Shown here: piece after piece, positions 52,581-64,000 of the stretch
Position numbering within the stretch: position 1 is the stretch's first letter
Layout: each line of letters begins with the position of its first letter
NCBI RefSeq assembly: GCF_004010195.1
Contig: NC_057718.1
Span: 61,897,318-61,961,317 of the forward strand
Length of the DNA: 64,000 nucleotides
Source: Chiloscyllium plagiosum
Taxonomy: Eukaryota
Direction of reading: 5' to 3'
Notes under the pieces: model-generated
The model's input: only the letters and a program-made list of their open reading frames with translations
Database searches by the model: none
What the model was told of the DNA's origin: nothing
Translations under genes and position numbers: made by a program

Positions 52581-53109
52581 TGAGTATCAAGAGCATCAAG
52601 CCCAGTGACAAGAGATATTGAACAGTTTAGGCCTGTACTCTCTTGAATTTAGAAATTTAGAAGAATGAGTGGAGGTCAAATTGAGGTATTCAAGATGATA
52701 AAACATGTGGATAAAATAGAGGTGGAGCAGATGCTTCCTCTTGTATGACATTTTAGGACAAGAGGCCATAGTCTTAGGATAAAGAGTAGCAAACTAAAAA
52801 CAGAGTTGAGACGAAACTACTTCTCCCAAGGTTGTGAATCTGTGGAATTTGCTATCCCAAAGTGCGATGGATGCTGGGGCATTGAGTAAATTTAAGGAGG
52901 TCTAAGATAGATTTTTAATTGGCAAATGGTTTGAAGGGATATAGAGAGAAGGCAGGAAAATGGAGATGAAGAGCATATGAGTCATGATTGAATGGTGCTG
53001 CAAACTCGATGGGCAAAATGGCGTAATTTGGCTCCTTTATCAATCTACAATGAACTTATCAATCCACAAGATGTACTACAATAACTGACTAATCTCCTTT
53101 GATAGATTT

Positions 53110-54160
53110 TAGAAATACATGATATAATCAGACAAAATTAGTATAGCTTCATGAAGGAAAAATTATGTCTGACAAATTTATTAGAATTCTTTGAGGAGAT
53201 AACAAGCAAGATAGATAAAGGGAAAGCAGTGGATGTAATATACTTAGATTTCCAGAAGGTGTTTGATAAGGCACCACACATGAGGCTATTTAATATGATA
53301 ATAGCCAATGATATTTGGGACAGCATATTAACATGAGAGTTGGTTAATGGGGATTCTTGCAGGATGGCAAACAGTATCAGTGCCACAGGAGTCACTGCTG
53401 GAGTCACAAGTATTCATAGTAGATATTAATAACTTGGATGAGGAAACATACTATCACCACATGATAGTACATCCAGATCCACAAAACATGAGGTTTGTGG
53501 ATGACAAAAACATATTTGGGAAAGTAAGTAGTAAAGAAGAATCTGCAGGGGAATACAAGCAGGTTGAGCAAGTGGGCAAAACCTTGACAGATGGAACGCA
53601 GATGGGAAAATGGGAGGCTATGAACTTTGGCAAGGAAAAGAGGAGCTGAATATTACTGAGACAGAGAAACACTGCAGCAAGCTGCAGTACACAGGGATTT
53701 GGGAGTCTTCATAAATAAATTACACAAAGCAGTGGTTCGTACATACCTGGAATAGAACATAGAACATAGAACATAGAACATAGAAGAATACAGATGAACA
53801 GTTTTGTTCCCCTTATCTGAGGAAAGGTAGACTGGCATTGGATGTTTCACAAGTTTCACAAAGGTTGATCCTGGATATGGAAGGATTGTCATCTGAGGAG
53901 AAATTGAGTAGGAGTGTGGAGAATGAGAGACAACATTATTGAAACATCCTGGATTCTCTGGGGGCTTGGCAGAACAGATGAAGAGAAGTTATCTCTCCTT
54001 GAGGGATAGTCGAAGACCAGAGGGCATAATCTCAAAGTAAGGGGTCACCCAGCTGAGTCAGAGATGAAGGGGAATTTCTTCTTTCAGTGGATAATGAATG
54101 TGTGGAATTCTTTACCATACAGGGTTTAGAGGTTGGGTTGGTAGCATATTAAAGGATGAT
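53110..54160 (+). mobile_element. CR1 RT/3' fragment, older
   Basis: CLTNLLEFFEEITSKIDKGKAVDVIYLDFQKVFDK and RFVDD; includes an (ATAGAAC)n run at ~53750-53785. Confidence 0.85.
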
Positions 54161-54285
54161 GCGTTATGAAATAAGCTTTTCAATTCACCAGTATGTTATG
54201 CACAAAATCTATATGCTTTCAAAATATGAGTTCATCCTAGAATATTACAATACACAATGAGAAATGACTGACTGAAATTTTTATA

Positions 54286-54453
54286 TTAGATTAGATTCCC
54301 TACAGTGTGGAAACAGGCCCTTCAGCCCAACCTGACCCATTTCCCTCTGACTAATGCACCTAACACTATGGGCAATTGAGCATGGGCTGGAATTGAACCT
54401 GGGACCCTGGTGCTATGAGGCAGCAGTGCTAACCATCGAGCCACCGTGCCACC
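54286..54453 (-). mobile_element. HE1-like SINE, internally deleted
   Basis: Tail, partial body and head all match the other copies. Confidence 0.8.
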
Positions 54454-54539
54454 TATAGTCATTGGTCACACTCCATAGTTAAATCAGCAACTTGATTCTT
54501 GGGCTTTAATCTTACTTTAATTTCTTTTATATAGAACTG

Positions 54540-54838
54540 CCTACAGTGTGGAAATAGGCTATTCAGTCCAAAAATCCACACTGACACTTGGAAGAGCATG
54601 CCACTCAGATTTGCATCCCCCCCACTCCACCACCCCATCCCTGTAACTCTGCATTTCCCATGGCTAATCCACCTAAACTACACATCCTTGGACACTATGG
54701 GCAACTTAGCATTGCCAAAATATCTAACCTGAATACCTTTGGATTGTGGGAGGAAACTCACACAGACACAGGAAGAATGTGCGAACTTCACACAGACAGC
54801 TGTCCAGGGTTGTGTGCCACTGAGCCACTGTGCCACCC
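54540..54838 (-). mobile_element. Older diverged HE1-like SINE
   Basis: CTACAGTGTGGAAA end and GGGAGGAAAC.CAC.CAGACAC body, with more substitutions than the other copies. Confidence 0.7.
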
Positions 54839-56429
54839 CATATTAATGTACATCTGAAATCTTCACACAATTCGTAAGCTGCAGCATAACCACAGCAAAA
54901 AAAAATCATTAGGCTTCTAAAATACATGAAATTATCAACACAAGAAGATGCTACAGAAACTTGCACTGAATAGCTAAGGCAGTTGAACACATGTCATGCG
55001 TTTCTGTCCAAAGGTTGCTTTGGCTCCTTGTCTGTTGATGCTACACCCTAAGTTGTTTTCTCAATGGTTTTTGTTAATGGGTTTTTGCCAATGTTTTCCA
55101 TTCTCAGGAGTAGGGTGAGAAAGCAGGGCTCATGTCAGTCTCAATCAGAACAGGAATTAAATGCATGTCATTTGCATTATTGTAAACCACATGATAGCCA
55201 TCTAGCCAATTGAGTTAAATAGCCTTTATCAGCAGTTTTATGGGGTATAAATGTTAATTACCAAAACGATCAACTACTATTAAAAAGCAAACAATTAATT
55301 ATAACAAAACAAACAAAACATCAAACAAACTAGGAAGGGGGGATAACTTCCTGTTCTAAGGCAGAGTAAAGTGGACAGAAGTGAAATTCTTGAGGACAGT
55401 GAAGTGTAGCCCATCTAAGAAAAATATTAAAAATAAATGGCCAGTGGCACAATGGTACAACACACTATGAGAATTCCTATCTGGTGAATGCTTAAATTTG
55501 GTACTGCCTTAACACCTTTCAGTGTTCAGACTTCCTATGAGTGTGAAAATAATAGGGATGGTTGGGAAGTACTTGCTGCATTGAACAATAATTCATTTCA
55601 CTATTAATAGGCTGGAAAAAATAGTCATAAAATCTCTTTAACTGATGGACAAATAAACTTTGACTGACAATATATTTCAGTCTTCAACTTGGTATTCTTT
55701 ACTAAGCAATTAAAGATGCAAAGAGAAGAACATACAACATATTTCACATTGAAGGTAAAACTTTATTCAATTCACAGTCCCATTTCTGTGGTGTTTGATT
55801 GAAGGGTGATGCAACTGTTCCTCTTTCCTTAATTTGGTCAAAGGGGAAATTCACAGTGGTAGAGAAATAGCTACAAACGAATCTTAACAAGAAGAAGCTC
55901 TTAGAGTCATTGTCATAGAGTCATAGATCTAATATATTTTATGACAGCAATTAATTTGCATTAGCTAGTGAGATATTGTTACTAAGTCAGTTGGAAAACA
56001 TTGATTGTGCATCTGTTCCCTTTCAAGATCACAAGCTATTCTACTGATTTCTCCGCCCAAGACTATATGACATCATCAGATTAAGTGGAGTTTAATGTAC
56101 ATCCTAGCTTAACCCTTCCAGAACAATTACCTTGTACAAAATCACCCCTCAGCCTTTTTCCCTTATTGTTAATATTTATACATTCATGTATATAATTACA
56201 TTTGCTACTATCTTATCTTCCCTCAAGTCTCTGATTTCACATATTTAACCAGTGTGGTGGTTTCAAAATATTTCCAAACTACATTCTCTTCAGAGCTGGA
56301 AGATTGTTAGGTCTTTCCCTTGAGGACTGTTGACCTTGAGTCTGATCATGTCCTTAATTCTAATCTTGACTTTGTATCGTCTGCAGAATGTTATCGTTAT
56401 GATGGTGCTCATTGGATTTGTCTCAATCA

Positions 56430-56657
56430 ATCATTGATGAACAGTTTCTCTGTGAGAATAGAATACTGAATGGACTCACAAACTCTTAACATTCGCCCAT
56501 ACCTGCATTTTTGTTTTTGCCGCTGTTTACCTATTATTTACTTACTTATGCTACTTAACTCTGTGATCTGCCTGTATTACTTGCAAGACAAAACTTTTCA
56601 CTGTGCCTCGGTACATGTGACAATAATTTCAATTCAATTCAATTCAGTTCAATTCAA
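56430..56657 (+). mobile_element. LINE 3' end with (CAATT)n tail inserted in the Gypsy
   Basis: ...CTTTTCACTGTGCCTCGGTACATGTGACAATAA followed by CAATT repeats. Confidence 0.55.
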
Positions 56658-58189
56658 ATGGGTTCCTGTCTTTCCTCCCTAAACCTTCCTCAGCTATATG
56701 AACAAAATAAAAATACGGCTTGTCCACTTCCTTATGAATGACCACCTTATCCCTTTTATACCATGATGAATAGCAATAGTTCTTTATAGTGAGTAGCGTT
56801 CTGCTCCTAGTGAAATTGCTCCTTCTTACAAAAGTCGTCATAGGTGTTAGACTCAACTGGGTAGTTGAGCAGTTGGATTTCTGAACAACATTATTTATGG
56901 TGGGTGAACAAGGCTATATAAAAGTTAACATTTTTCTATAATAGGAATTCAACTATCTGAACCCCATGCTCAACGTTTCCAATCAGCTGTGAGTGTCAGA
57001 GTGAGCTTGCTCCATTTTCAAATTCAGGACTGGTTCCAAGTGGGATGTAAGATTCATTAGTAAATCTTCGAATATCTGACACAAACACACCAGGGGTCCC
57101 ATGTATAGTGAATATTTCATGCAAAGCCTGATAACTGCTTCTGATGAGGTATGTAACTTTTCTACTTCAATCCACCAAGAATATGTTTGTTCATGTAAAC
57201 ACGTCTGTTCCCATTTGTCCCCTCGGTCTATTGGAGTGAATATCGAGGATCAGTGGTTCTCTGTTTAGCCCTATGAAGAGTAAATTTCACAGTCAGCTAA
57301 GAGGTCCTCCATCTCCTTTGTGATCCTCATGCAGACAATCGAACCATGGCACTGCTTTGGGTAATCTCCAAATATCAAGGATATCTTGCCATGCTGAAGC
57401 TGGAATGACTAGTGTTTCATCAAACACCAGCAAGTTATCTGTAATTGTGAAACACTGTTGATGCTCAAAACAAGGCTGAATAACCAATCCACTGGGCCTT
57501 TGGTCTGCCAAACCTCAATAAAATATTAATGAATGCCAACATGTTATCAGTCCTACTTTTGTTTCTGTTGTGTCTGATTGAGCACATTTTGGGTTATTGA
57601 CCACAGTGCTACTATGACCTGAATATATTATTCAATCTCATTAACAAATCCCTCCTCCCATGTGGTAAGACTGTTAACTGGGAATGCATCTACCACCATT
57701 TGCAGCTTCACTTGGAAATTTTCCATTCCTGGAAAACCACGCAATGCAGAGGTAGAATCAGAATCTCAGTATTCAGGGAGCCAAATTTGCAAACACTTTC
57801 TCATCAAATAGAGAGGCCAATGGTTTATTGTTCATCTCTAACAACACTTTCAGGCTAAGGATATACTTTGAAAATCTTTCACATGCCTTTAACTGGAGCA
57901 TTTTCAGCTGAGATATTTGTTTGGATTGTATGTGCCAGTATATCTGTGGATGTCAACACGTCCTTGATTTTCAGAAAGCATCTTCATGATATGAGTCGTA
58001 GCACCATCTTTGAATCTTCTTGAAGAATTGACTCAGTGGTAGTTACCTAGTGAGGCAAAACTTCACCAGCCAGTCTACGATGCTTAGAAAGCTAGACAGG
58101 TTCTGAACTGGTTTCAGGTTGGATAATTGCTTAACAGCCTTTATATTCTGTGGGTCTGAGATAAATCCATTTTTATTAATAATGTTTTC

Positions 58190-58423
58190 CAACACAGAGC
58201 ATGGTATATGTATGGAATGAGCTGCCAGAGGAAGTGGTGGAGACTGGTGCAATGGCAACATTTAAGAAGCATTTGGATGGGTATATAAATTAGAAGGGTT
58301 GGAGGATATGGCCCAGGTGCTGGCAGGTGGGACTAGATTGGGTTGGGATATCTGGTCGGCATGGACGGGTTGGACCAAAGGGTCTGTTTCCATGCTGTAC
58401 ATCTCTATGACTCTTTGACTATG
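58190..58423 (+). mobile_element. CR1 3' end inserted in Gypsy pol
   Basis: WNELPEEVVE-coding segment and CTCTATGACTCT tail; same subfamily as 60920-61297 in opposite orientation. Confidence 0.85.
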
Positions 58424-60919
58424 ACAAGGGAATGGATCCCAAATGGCAGTCTATTGATGTAAAATCTTCTAAATGGAATGGTGAAGATAGTATATAATCT
58501 TGACTGTTATCTAAAGGTATCTGGATGGTGAAATTGGGTGGATTCTCTTGCCTTATTGAGCTCTGTTGAGTCAATGCATATTCTGATGGACAGTAGGATT
58601 TGGGTGCCGTGGCCATGTCTGAACGCCATTTAGCTGTGTCATGAGGGAACTAATGCCCTTTCTGACCATTTCTTCAATAGAGACAAAGTTTGAGGCCGTA
58701 CAGAGACAAAGTTTAACATCCTTCTTTAATGTGATGCCATATTCAGCACTGCATTTCCCTCATTCTGTAAATAATTTAGGGCTGCATTTCTGAAAGGAGT
58801 TTTTATTCCTGCACTGTTAAACATTTTCACCTTTGAAGAAAGTTGAAGGCAAAATTTGTCATCTTGCTCAAGAGTGAGGTTTCTTCATTTTGAGTTATGT
58901 ACACATTATCCACCAATCGGTACCCTTTGCTTTCCCATGATAAGATTATCCTTCTTCTGTTGGGATTTGATGGTTCTTCTTCTTGATTTCTGCTTCCAGC
59001 ACAATTTGAATAATTTCCTCCAAAATCAAATATTCTTCAGACAGTAATAAATCTGAAAAACTCTCATCAATAAATCCAATAACAATTCTGTCTATTATCA
59101 ATGCTGTTTTCAAAGCTCCATAACCAAATGTCCACCTATCTGTAGAGATCACAAATTAATTTTTTCATGGATTCCCTTGAATGCTGAGCTCTTCTGTTAA
59201 ATCTTGCTTTCTCAAGACTTTTAATTATTTTCAGATTAAAACAAAAGTTAAAACTTTGAAGTTTTTCAAAAAGTGTATATGACTTCAGTTATATTTTGGT
59301 AACTTATAATAATATATTGTAGTTGCAGTTGAATGCAATAGTGTATTTACTTCCTCTGCCTGTAATTTAGTATTCAAGTTTCAAACAGTTCTGTGTCTGA
59401 AACAATGTTTTCTCCAATATGTTCAATTCTGTATTCTATTTGGCTCATCTCTAATATTTACTTTTGCACGTAATATTATTTCTCCTGTAATGCCCTCCTA
59501 ATATAATTATTCATTTTCTTACTTTAATATTTTTAAGTTTTGCAGTATCTCAATCTGTTGCTGTAATTGCTTTCCCCTGAAGAGTTTCACTTCTGTAAAT
59601 AGCAATGCTAGTTTATTTTCTTTCTCTAAGGATTTTAATTCTGTTAAATAGTAATTTAGTATAACTGCATTGCTTACTGGGATTTTTTCTGTGTTTTTGC
59701 ATCAAAATGGAGTTTTCACATCTTCACATAGACTAAAAGGATTATTTCTTACCTTTCTTGGCCTTTTAAAAAACGTACATCTTTTTCCATGACATCTCCA
59801 AATAAAGCCTTGTGCTTAGGGTGTTAATAAATTTTTCATGGCAGAACCACAGTTTAAATTATGGATAACCTGCTCTAATCACACTCAAAGTTCTTGTAAC
59901 CATCTTCCTCTGTTAGACTGTTAGCTTTAGCTTTTAAATTGTCACTTTTATCTTCTTAATTCCACTTTGCAACACTCCTGATACTATCACCTTCATATAA
60001 AGCACTTTGATAACCCTTGATTTCCCTACTCTGGATGCTCCTCATGATATCTATTTATTATGGCAATAATGTTAATGCTGAACTTTAAGAACCCCTATTT
60101 GTACTTCTATCCTTCTCAGCCTGCCTTCTGTGCTAAAAATTCAAAGATTTCCCTCTTAGGGATTTTTAGTTTTATTCATGAAATTCTGATACCTTCGTTT
60201 TCCGTCTGAATGTCTGACTGGAAATGCTCCAACAGATCCTCACTTCCTGATGAAATCTATAACTGTCAGGTATAACTAGTCACTAGGCTTTCTCTAGCAC
60301 ATGCTGCTTCTTGCCATATCAGGTCTGAATTAATGCTTTCAGCCTGGAGTGCAGTTTCTCTCTTGTTGGTTTTTTTATGAGTTCCTGCTGCCTGCTTGTT
60401 AGTTAAAGAGCTTGCAGCTGCTGATTGTCTGTATGAATATTTCCTAAAGCTAAAAAATCCATCAAGTCTAAAAAGTTGTAAACTCAGTTAATCTTCTATA
60501 ATTACTTCACTTGGGCCTGATGGATTTTTTTTCACTGCTGCACCTTCTGGTATTATGCAATAATTCTCTCTTTTGATGAATGTGTGATATTTGTGGGCGA
60601 AGGTTTCTGCCACCACTCATCTTGTCTTGATGAGGTCTAATATTTGGTTCACAGCAGGTGATAATCCCTGGTGAGGAGATGTTCATGTCTTCACAAGATC
60701 AAGCATTTTTATGATAACAATTGGGTACAAGTTACATCAGCCAATCAGGTATTGTTAGTAAGATCACTGGGTGACATAGACCACATATCTGTCCACTTTA
60801 AGATTCGGAATTATTCTTCAACCTCTCCATTTCAGACCTTATGACATCGTTAGATTGGCTGGCATTTAATTCAGTCTTCAACATTAACCTTTTCAAGTCA
60901 TTAACTTATACAACAGTTT

Positions 60920-61297
60920 AGAGTCATAGAGTCAAAGAGATGTACAGCATGGAAAAAAAACCTTCTGTCCAACTCATCCATGCCGAGCAGATATCCCAAC
61001 CTGATCTGCTCCACCTGCCAGCACCCCACCCATATCCCTCCAAACCCTTCCTATTCATATACCCATCCAGATGCCTTTTAAATGCTGCAATTGTACTAGC
61101 CTCCACCACTTCCTCTGGCAGCTCATTCCATACATGCACCATCCTCTGCGTGAAAAAGTTGCCCCTTAGGTTTCTTTTATATCTTTCCCCTCTCACCCGA
61201 AATCTATGCCGTCTAGTTCTGGACACCCCTACCTCAGGGAAAAGACTTTGTCTATTTATCCTATCCATGTCCTTCATGATTTTATAAACCTCTATAT
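60920..61297 (-). mobile_element. CR1 3' end
   Basis: IEVYKIMKDMDR...RGNFFTQRMVHVWNELPEEVVEA with an (AGAGTCAT)n tail. Confidence 0.88.
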
Positions 61298-61398
61298 TGA
61301 TTCTCTTGCTCCTCAGATGCTGCCTGACCTGCTGTGCTTTTCCAGCACCACACTTTTTTGACTCTGGTCTCCAGCATCTGCTGTCCTCACTTTCTCCT
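61298..61398 (+). mobile_element. 3' part of the same short-element family, fused to a CR1 fragment
   Basis: GATTCTCTTGCTCCTCAGATGCTGCCTGACCTGCTGTGCTTTTCCAGCACCACAC...CTCACTTTCTCCT matches the 44893 and 50490 copies. Confidence 0.8.
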
Positions 61399-62436
61399 AG
61401 TTGCTTCCCAATCATTTATTCTAATCATTAATATGTATCACAATCAGCAAAGAACCGAAAACTGAACCCTGTGGAACATCACTGGAAACTTTTCCATTCC
61501 TAAAATTGTCAAACATTGCCCTGTATTTCCTGTCACTGAGCCAATTTTAATTCCAATTCACCATATTCCATTTCAAAATAATATCTTAAACTCCTGTCTG
61601 TTTTCAAGGGCTTAACCTTTTACTTTGGACCAAAGCGTGCAGTGCAAAGTCAACACATGAAATTGGATATTCATAGTGTTCTACATGCCCCAGCATATTA
61701 ATTTTCTGGGAAAATAGGCTTTTATAAAGAAAACTTCCATATTTGCTTTAAACTGCTTACCAACATAAAGGGAGATCTGAAGAGTACTTTTTGACAATTA
61801 AGTAAAGCTATCAATCAAGAAAAAGCTTTCAAATATTCATAGGTTCCCTAACAAGTCAGCAACAAAGCAATTCACAATTTAGGATACACTCAGGCTGAGT
61901 GAATCTTATTTGCAGAACCTTCAATTAAACGACACAAGGCCATTTCTGGTTTTTGTAATTGATGACCTGATAAAGATCAAGTGCTTTCATCACTTGGCTG
62001 GAATTGGCAAGTATTTCTATATTTTCCTTCAGTCTTTTGACAATATCAGCAACAACACCAATTTGCATTTTACAGTGTTCACGATCTAGTAGGATATTCC
62101 AAGGAGCTTTACAGGAGCACGATTCAACAATATTTGATGCCTAGCGACATGAAGAGATATTAGAAGATCAAAGGTTTGATCATGGAGGTAGGTTTTAACA
62201 CCTATCTTAAAGAGCATAGAGAAGTTGAGAGCTACATATAGGCAGAGTTAGAACTCTCTGGAAGAAAACTGAGACAGTCTAATCTGGAACTCAACAACCA
62301 GCCAAACCAGACTACAACATGGATGCGAACACAAGAAGAATGTAGATTAGCAGTCACTTAATGTAACTGTAAGTCAGAGACTTGTATATTTATCATTGCC
62401 TTGCATAGCAGTGTTTCGTATTAATGTACAATGAAT

Positions 62437-63352
62437 AATGTTACTTTAAAGTCTAAGCTCAAAGGCAGCTCTTTACCTTTTCTTTGTTTTCAATCTGTCA
62501 TATTACCAAACTTATAGTATGACATCAAACCACACAATAGAAGATGGTGTCATCTATGGGATACATTGCCTGGGAAATTGTGACAACAGGTAAGATCCGG
62601 AAAGATCAGGAAAGAGATCCAAGATTGTCCCGAGATGTGAAGTGTTTAAAAAAATCTTCTTTTGTCAATGATTTGTTGGTGCAGCTTTAAAGGTATCTAA
62701 AAGCTCAAAACAAAAAAGGCTCAGAGCTCAGCAGCTGCTGTGAAGGAAATATCTCTGAACAGAAATTTCTTTCGGATAAACCATCAGAATATGGTAGGCC
62801 TCAAACATAAAATCGAAAGTAGTGGTAAAGCTCGGCAGGTCTGTCATCCCTGTGGAGAGGGAAACAAAGTTAATGTTTCAATTTCAATGATTCTACCTCA
62901 GAATGTCTTCATACATCTCAAAAAGCCTTTTATAGCCAGCAACAAGGGGAACAAGCTTTTAAGAAGACAACGAGATCAGTAAAAAATCATTAACAGTTAA
63001 TGGACAAAAATCCAAATTGAGTACCCGTGTAAAAAGGCAAATTCTCAGACATCCAAAGCAGATTTGATCCCTTCATGGAAGGGATTTTCATGTGAAAAAC
63101 AAGGCTGCAAAGCAGAATTATGACTTCTGACAGGGAGTTAATAAATTTCTGAACTACTTATTCAATGACAAATTTAACAATATCAATTTAAGGTCACTTT
63201 TCAGGCTAAAGAATATAATTGCAAAAGGAAAGTAAAATCAATAGTAAAAGTTATTGTGTGGTTTGATGCCATACTATAAGTTTGGTAATATGACAGACTG
63301 AACAAAGAAAAGGTAAAGAATTGCCTTTGGACTTAGACTTCAAAGTAACATT
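62437..63352. repeat. ~100-bp inverted repeat pair about 710 bp apart
   Basis: 62437-62539 is the reverse complement of 63252-63352 with a few mismatches. Confidence 0.85.
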
Positions 63353-64000
63353 GTTTTTCAACATCAGGGTCAGTGAAGATAATGACACCTCTATTATTTC
63401 AATTATTTGAATAAAAAATTCAACATTTTATTCAACAACTAAGTAATTTTATTGATTTTTGAGTAAAATATGAAAAGATTAAGAAATACTTTGCAAATCT
63501 GATCATTTGGTATTGAATTCATTCTAAAATACTTCAGATGCAGAAGAAATCGGAGCCAACAGAAGTTATTTTTGATATAAGCAAAACACATTCGAATCAT
63601 ATTGAAGCCAATTTGCTAAGTTTCTACCCATAGATCTTTGAAAAATCCTGCAAACATTTTAAAAAGGAATATTTTCAGTTCACCTCTATGACAAAGCTAT
63701 ATTGTTAAAGAAAAACTGAAATTTATTGAAATCAACACTTAAAACAGCATAAAGTTTAACAACGTTTAACAACAAAATTCATTACAAAACAAAGTTAAAA
63801 CAGTCTCAACCAACAAAGAATACACCAAGGTAACAAAATGAGTGTAGAAAGAAAGAGATTAAAATCATAGTAATCATCTTCCAAATGTAGAAAATAATTA
63901 ACAACTTCAAGGGCCCATCAATAGTCAACCAATAGGAAACAAAAAGCATTGATAAAGATTTTTACACAAGAAACATCAAGTTTTCAATCCATTTGATAGA

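Larger units (their letters stand above)
47950..53040 (+). mobile_element. Near full-length decayed CR1 LINE with nested insertions
   Basis: ORF1 has a Cys-rich start (MWELVDTVVIPSDHVCSKC, ~48073) and esterase motifs VIGDSIVR and GTND. ORF2 endonuclease (ESIWVEIRN, MSDFN, LGSSDH) and RT (DWKMANVTPLFK, SCLTNFLEFFEDVT, FADGTK). 3' end at ~52610-53040. Confidence 0.9.
55817..60915 (-). mobile_element. Ancient Gypsy/Ty3 LTR retrotransposon with both LTR remnants
   Basis: Minus-strand order: gag (GALKTALIIDRIVIG..., ~59000), RT/connection (DPQNIKAVKQL...SFLSIV), RNase H (ACERFSKYILSLK...KPLASL, ~57850), integrase (LLVFDETLVIP, ~57420). Similar blocks at ~55820-56140 and ~60617-60915. PBS-like TGGTGGCAG at ~60606-60613. 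Confidence 0.7.

Noticed and set aside
53750..53785. (ATAGAAC)n and other short tandem arrays as a CRISPR-like structure
   Set aside because: No spacers; they are LINE/SINE 3' tail repeats in a eukaryotic genome.

Overview
This is eukaryotic DNA from a cartilaginous fish, most likely a shark, judged from HE1/V-SINE-type SINEs and CR1 LINEs. It holds the 5' end of BCL11A on the minus strand: a conserved 5'UTR and coding exon 1 (ATG at 35639, MSRRKQ NuRD-binding motif), coding exon 2 (30229-30561, C2HC zinc finger), and about 30 kb of intron 2 running off the left edge. The gene start sits in a broad CpG-rich domain with no recognisable young transposons and several enhancer-like motif clusters. 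From about 44.4 kb to the end the window is a nest of decayed retroelements: a near full-length CR1, other LINE fragments, SINEs and an old Gypsy with both LTRs. The most unusual signal is a family of short, often palindromic, TSD-flanked insertions carrying minimal hammerhead-ribozyme cores (CUGANGA...GAAAYGUC), resembling Penelope-associated/retrozyme-type elements; one copy lies sense-oriented in BCL11A intron 2. Also notable is a dense uORF and start-stop arrangement in the BCL11A leader. Comparisons with human sequences and repeat consensuses are from memory and need confirming by alignment. TE boundaries are approximate.
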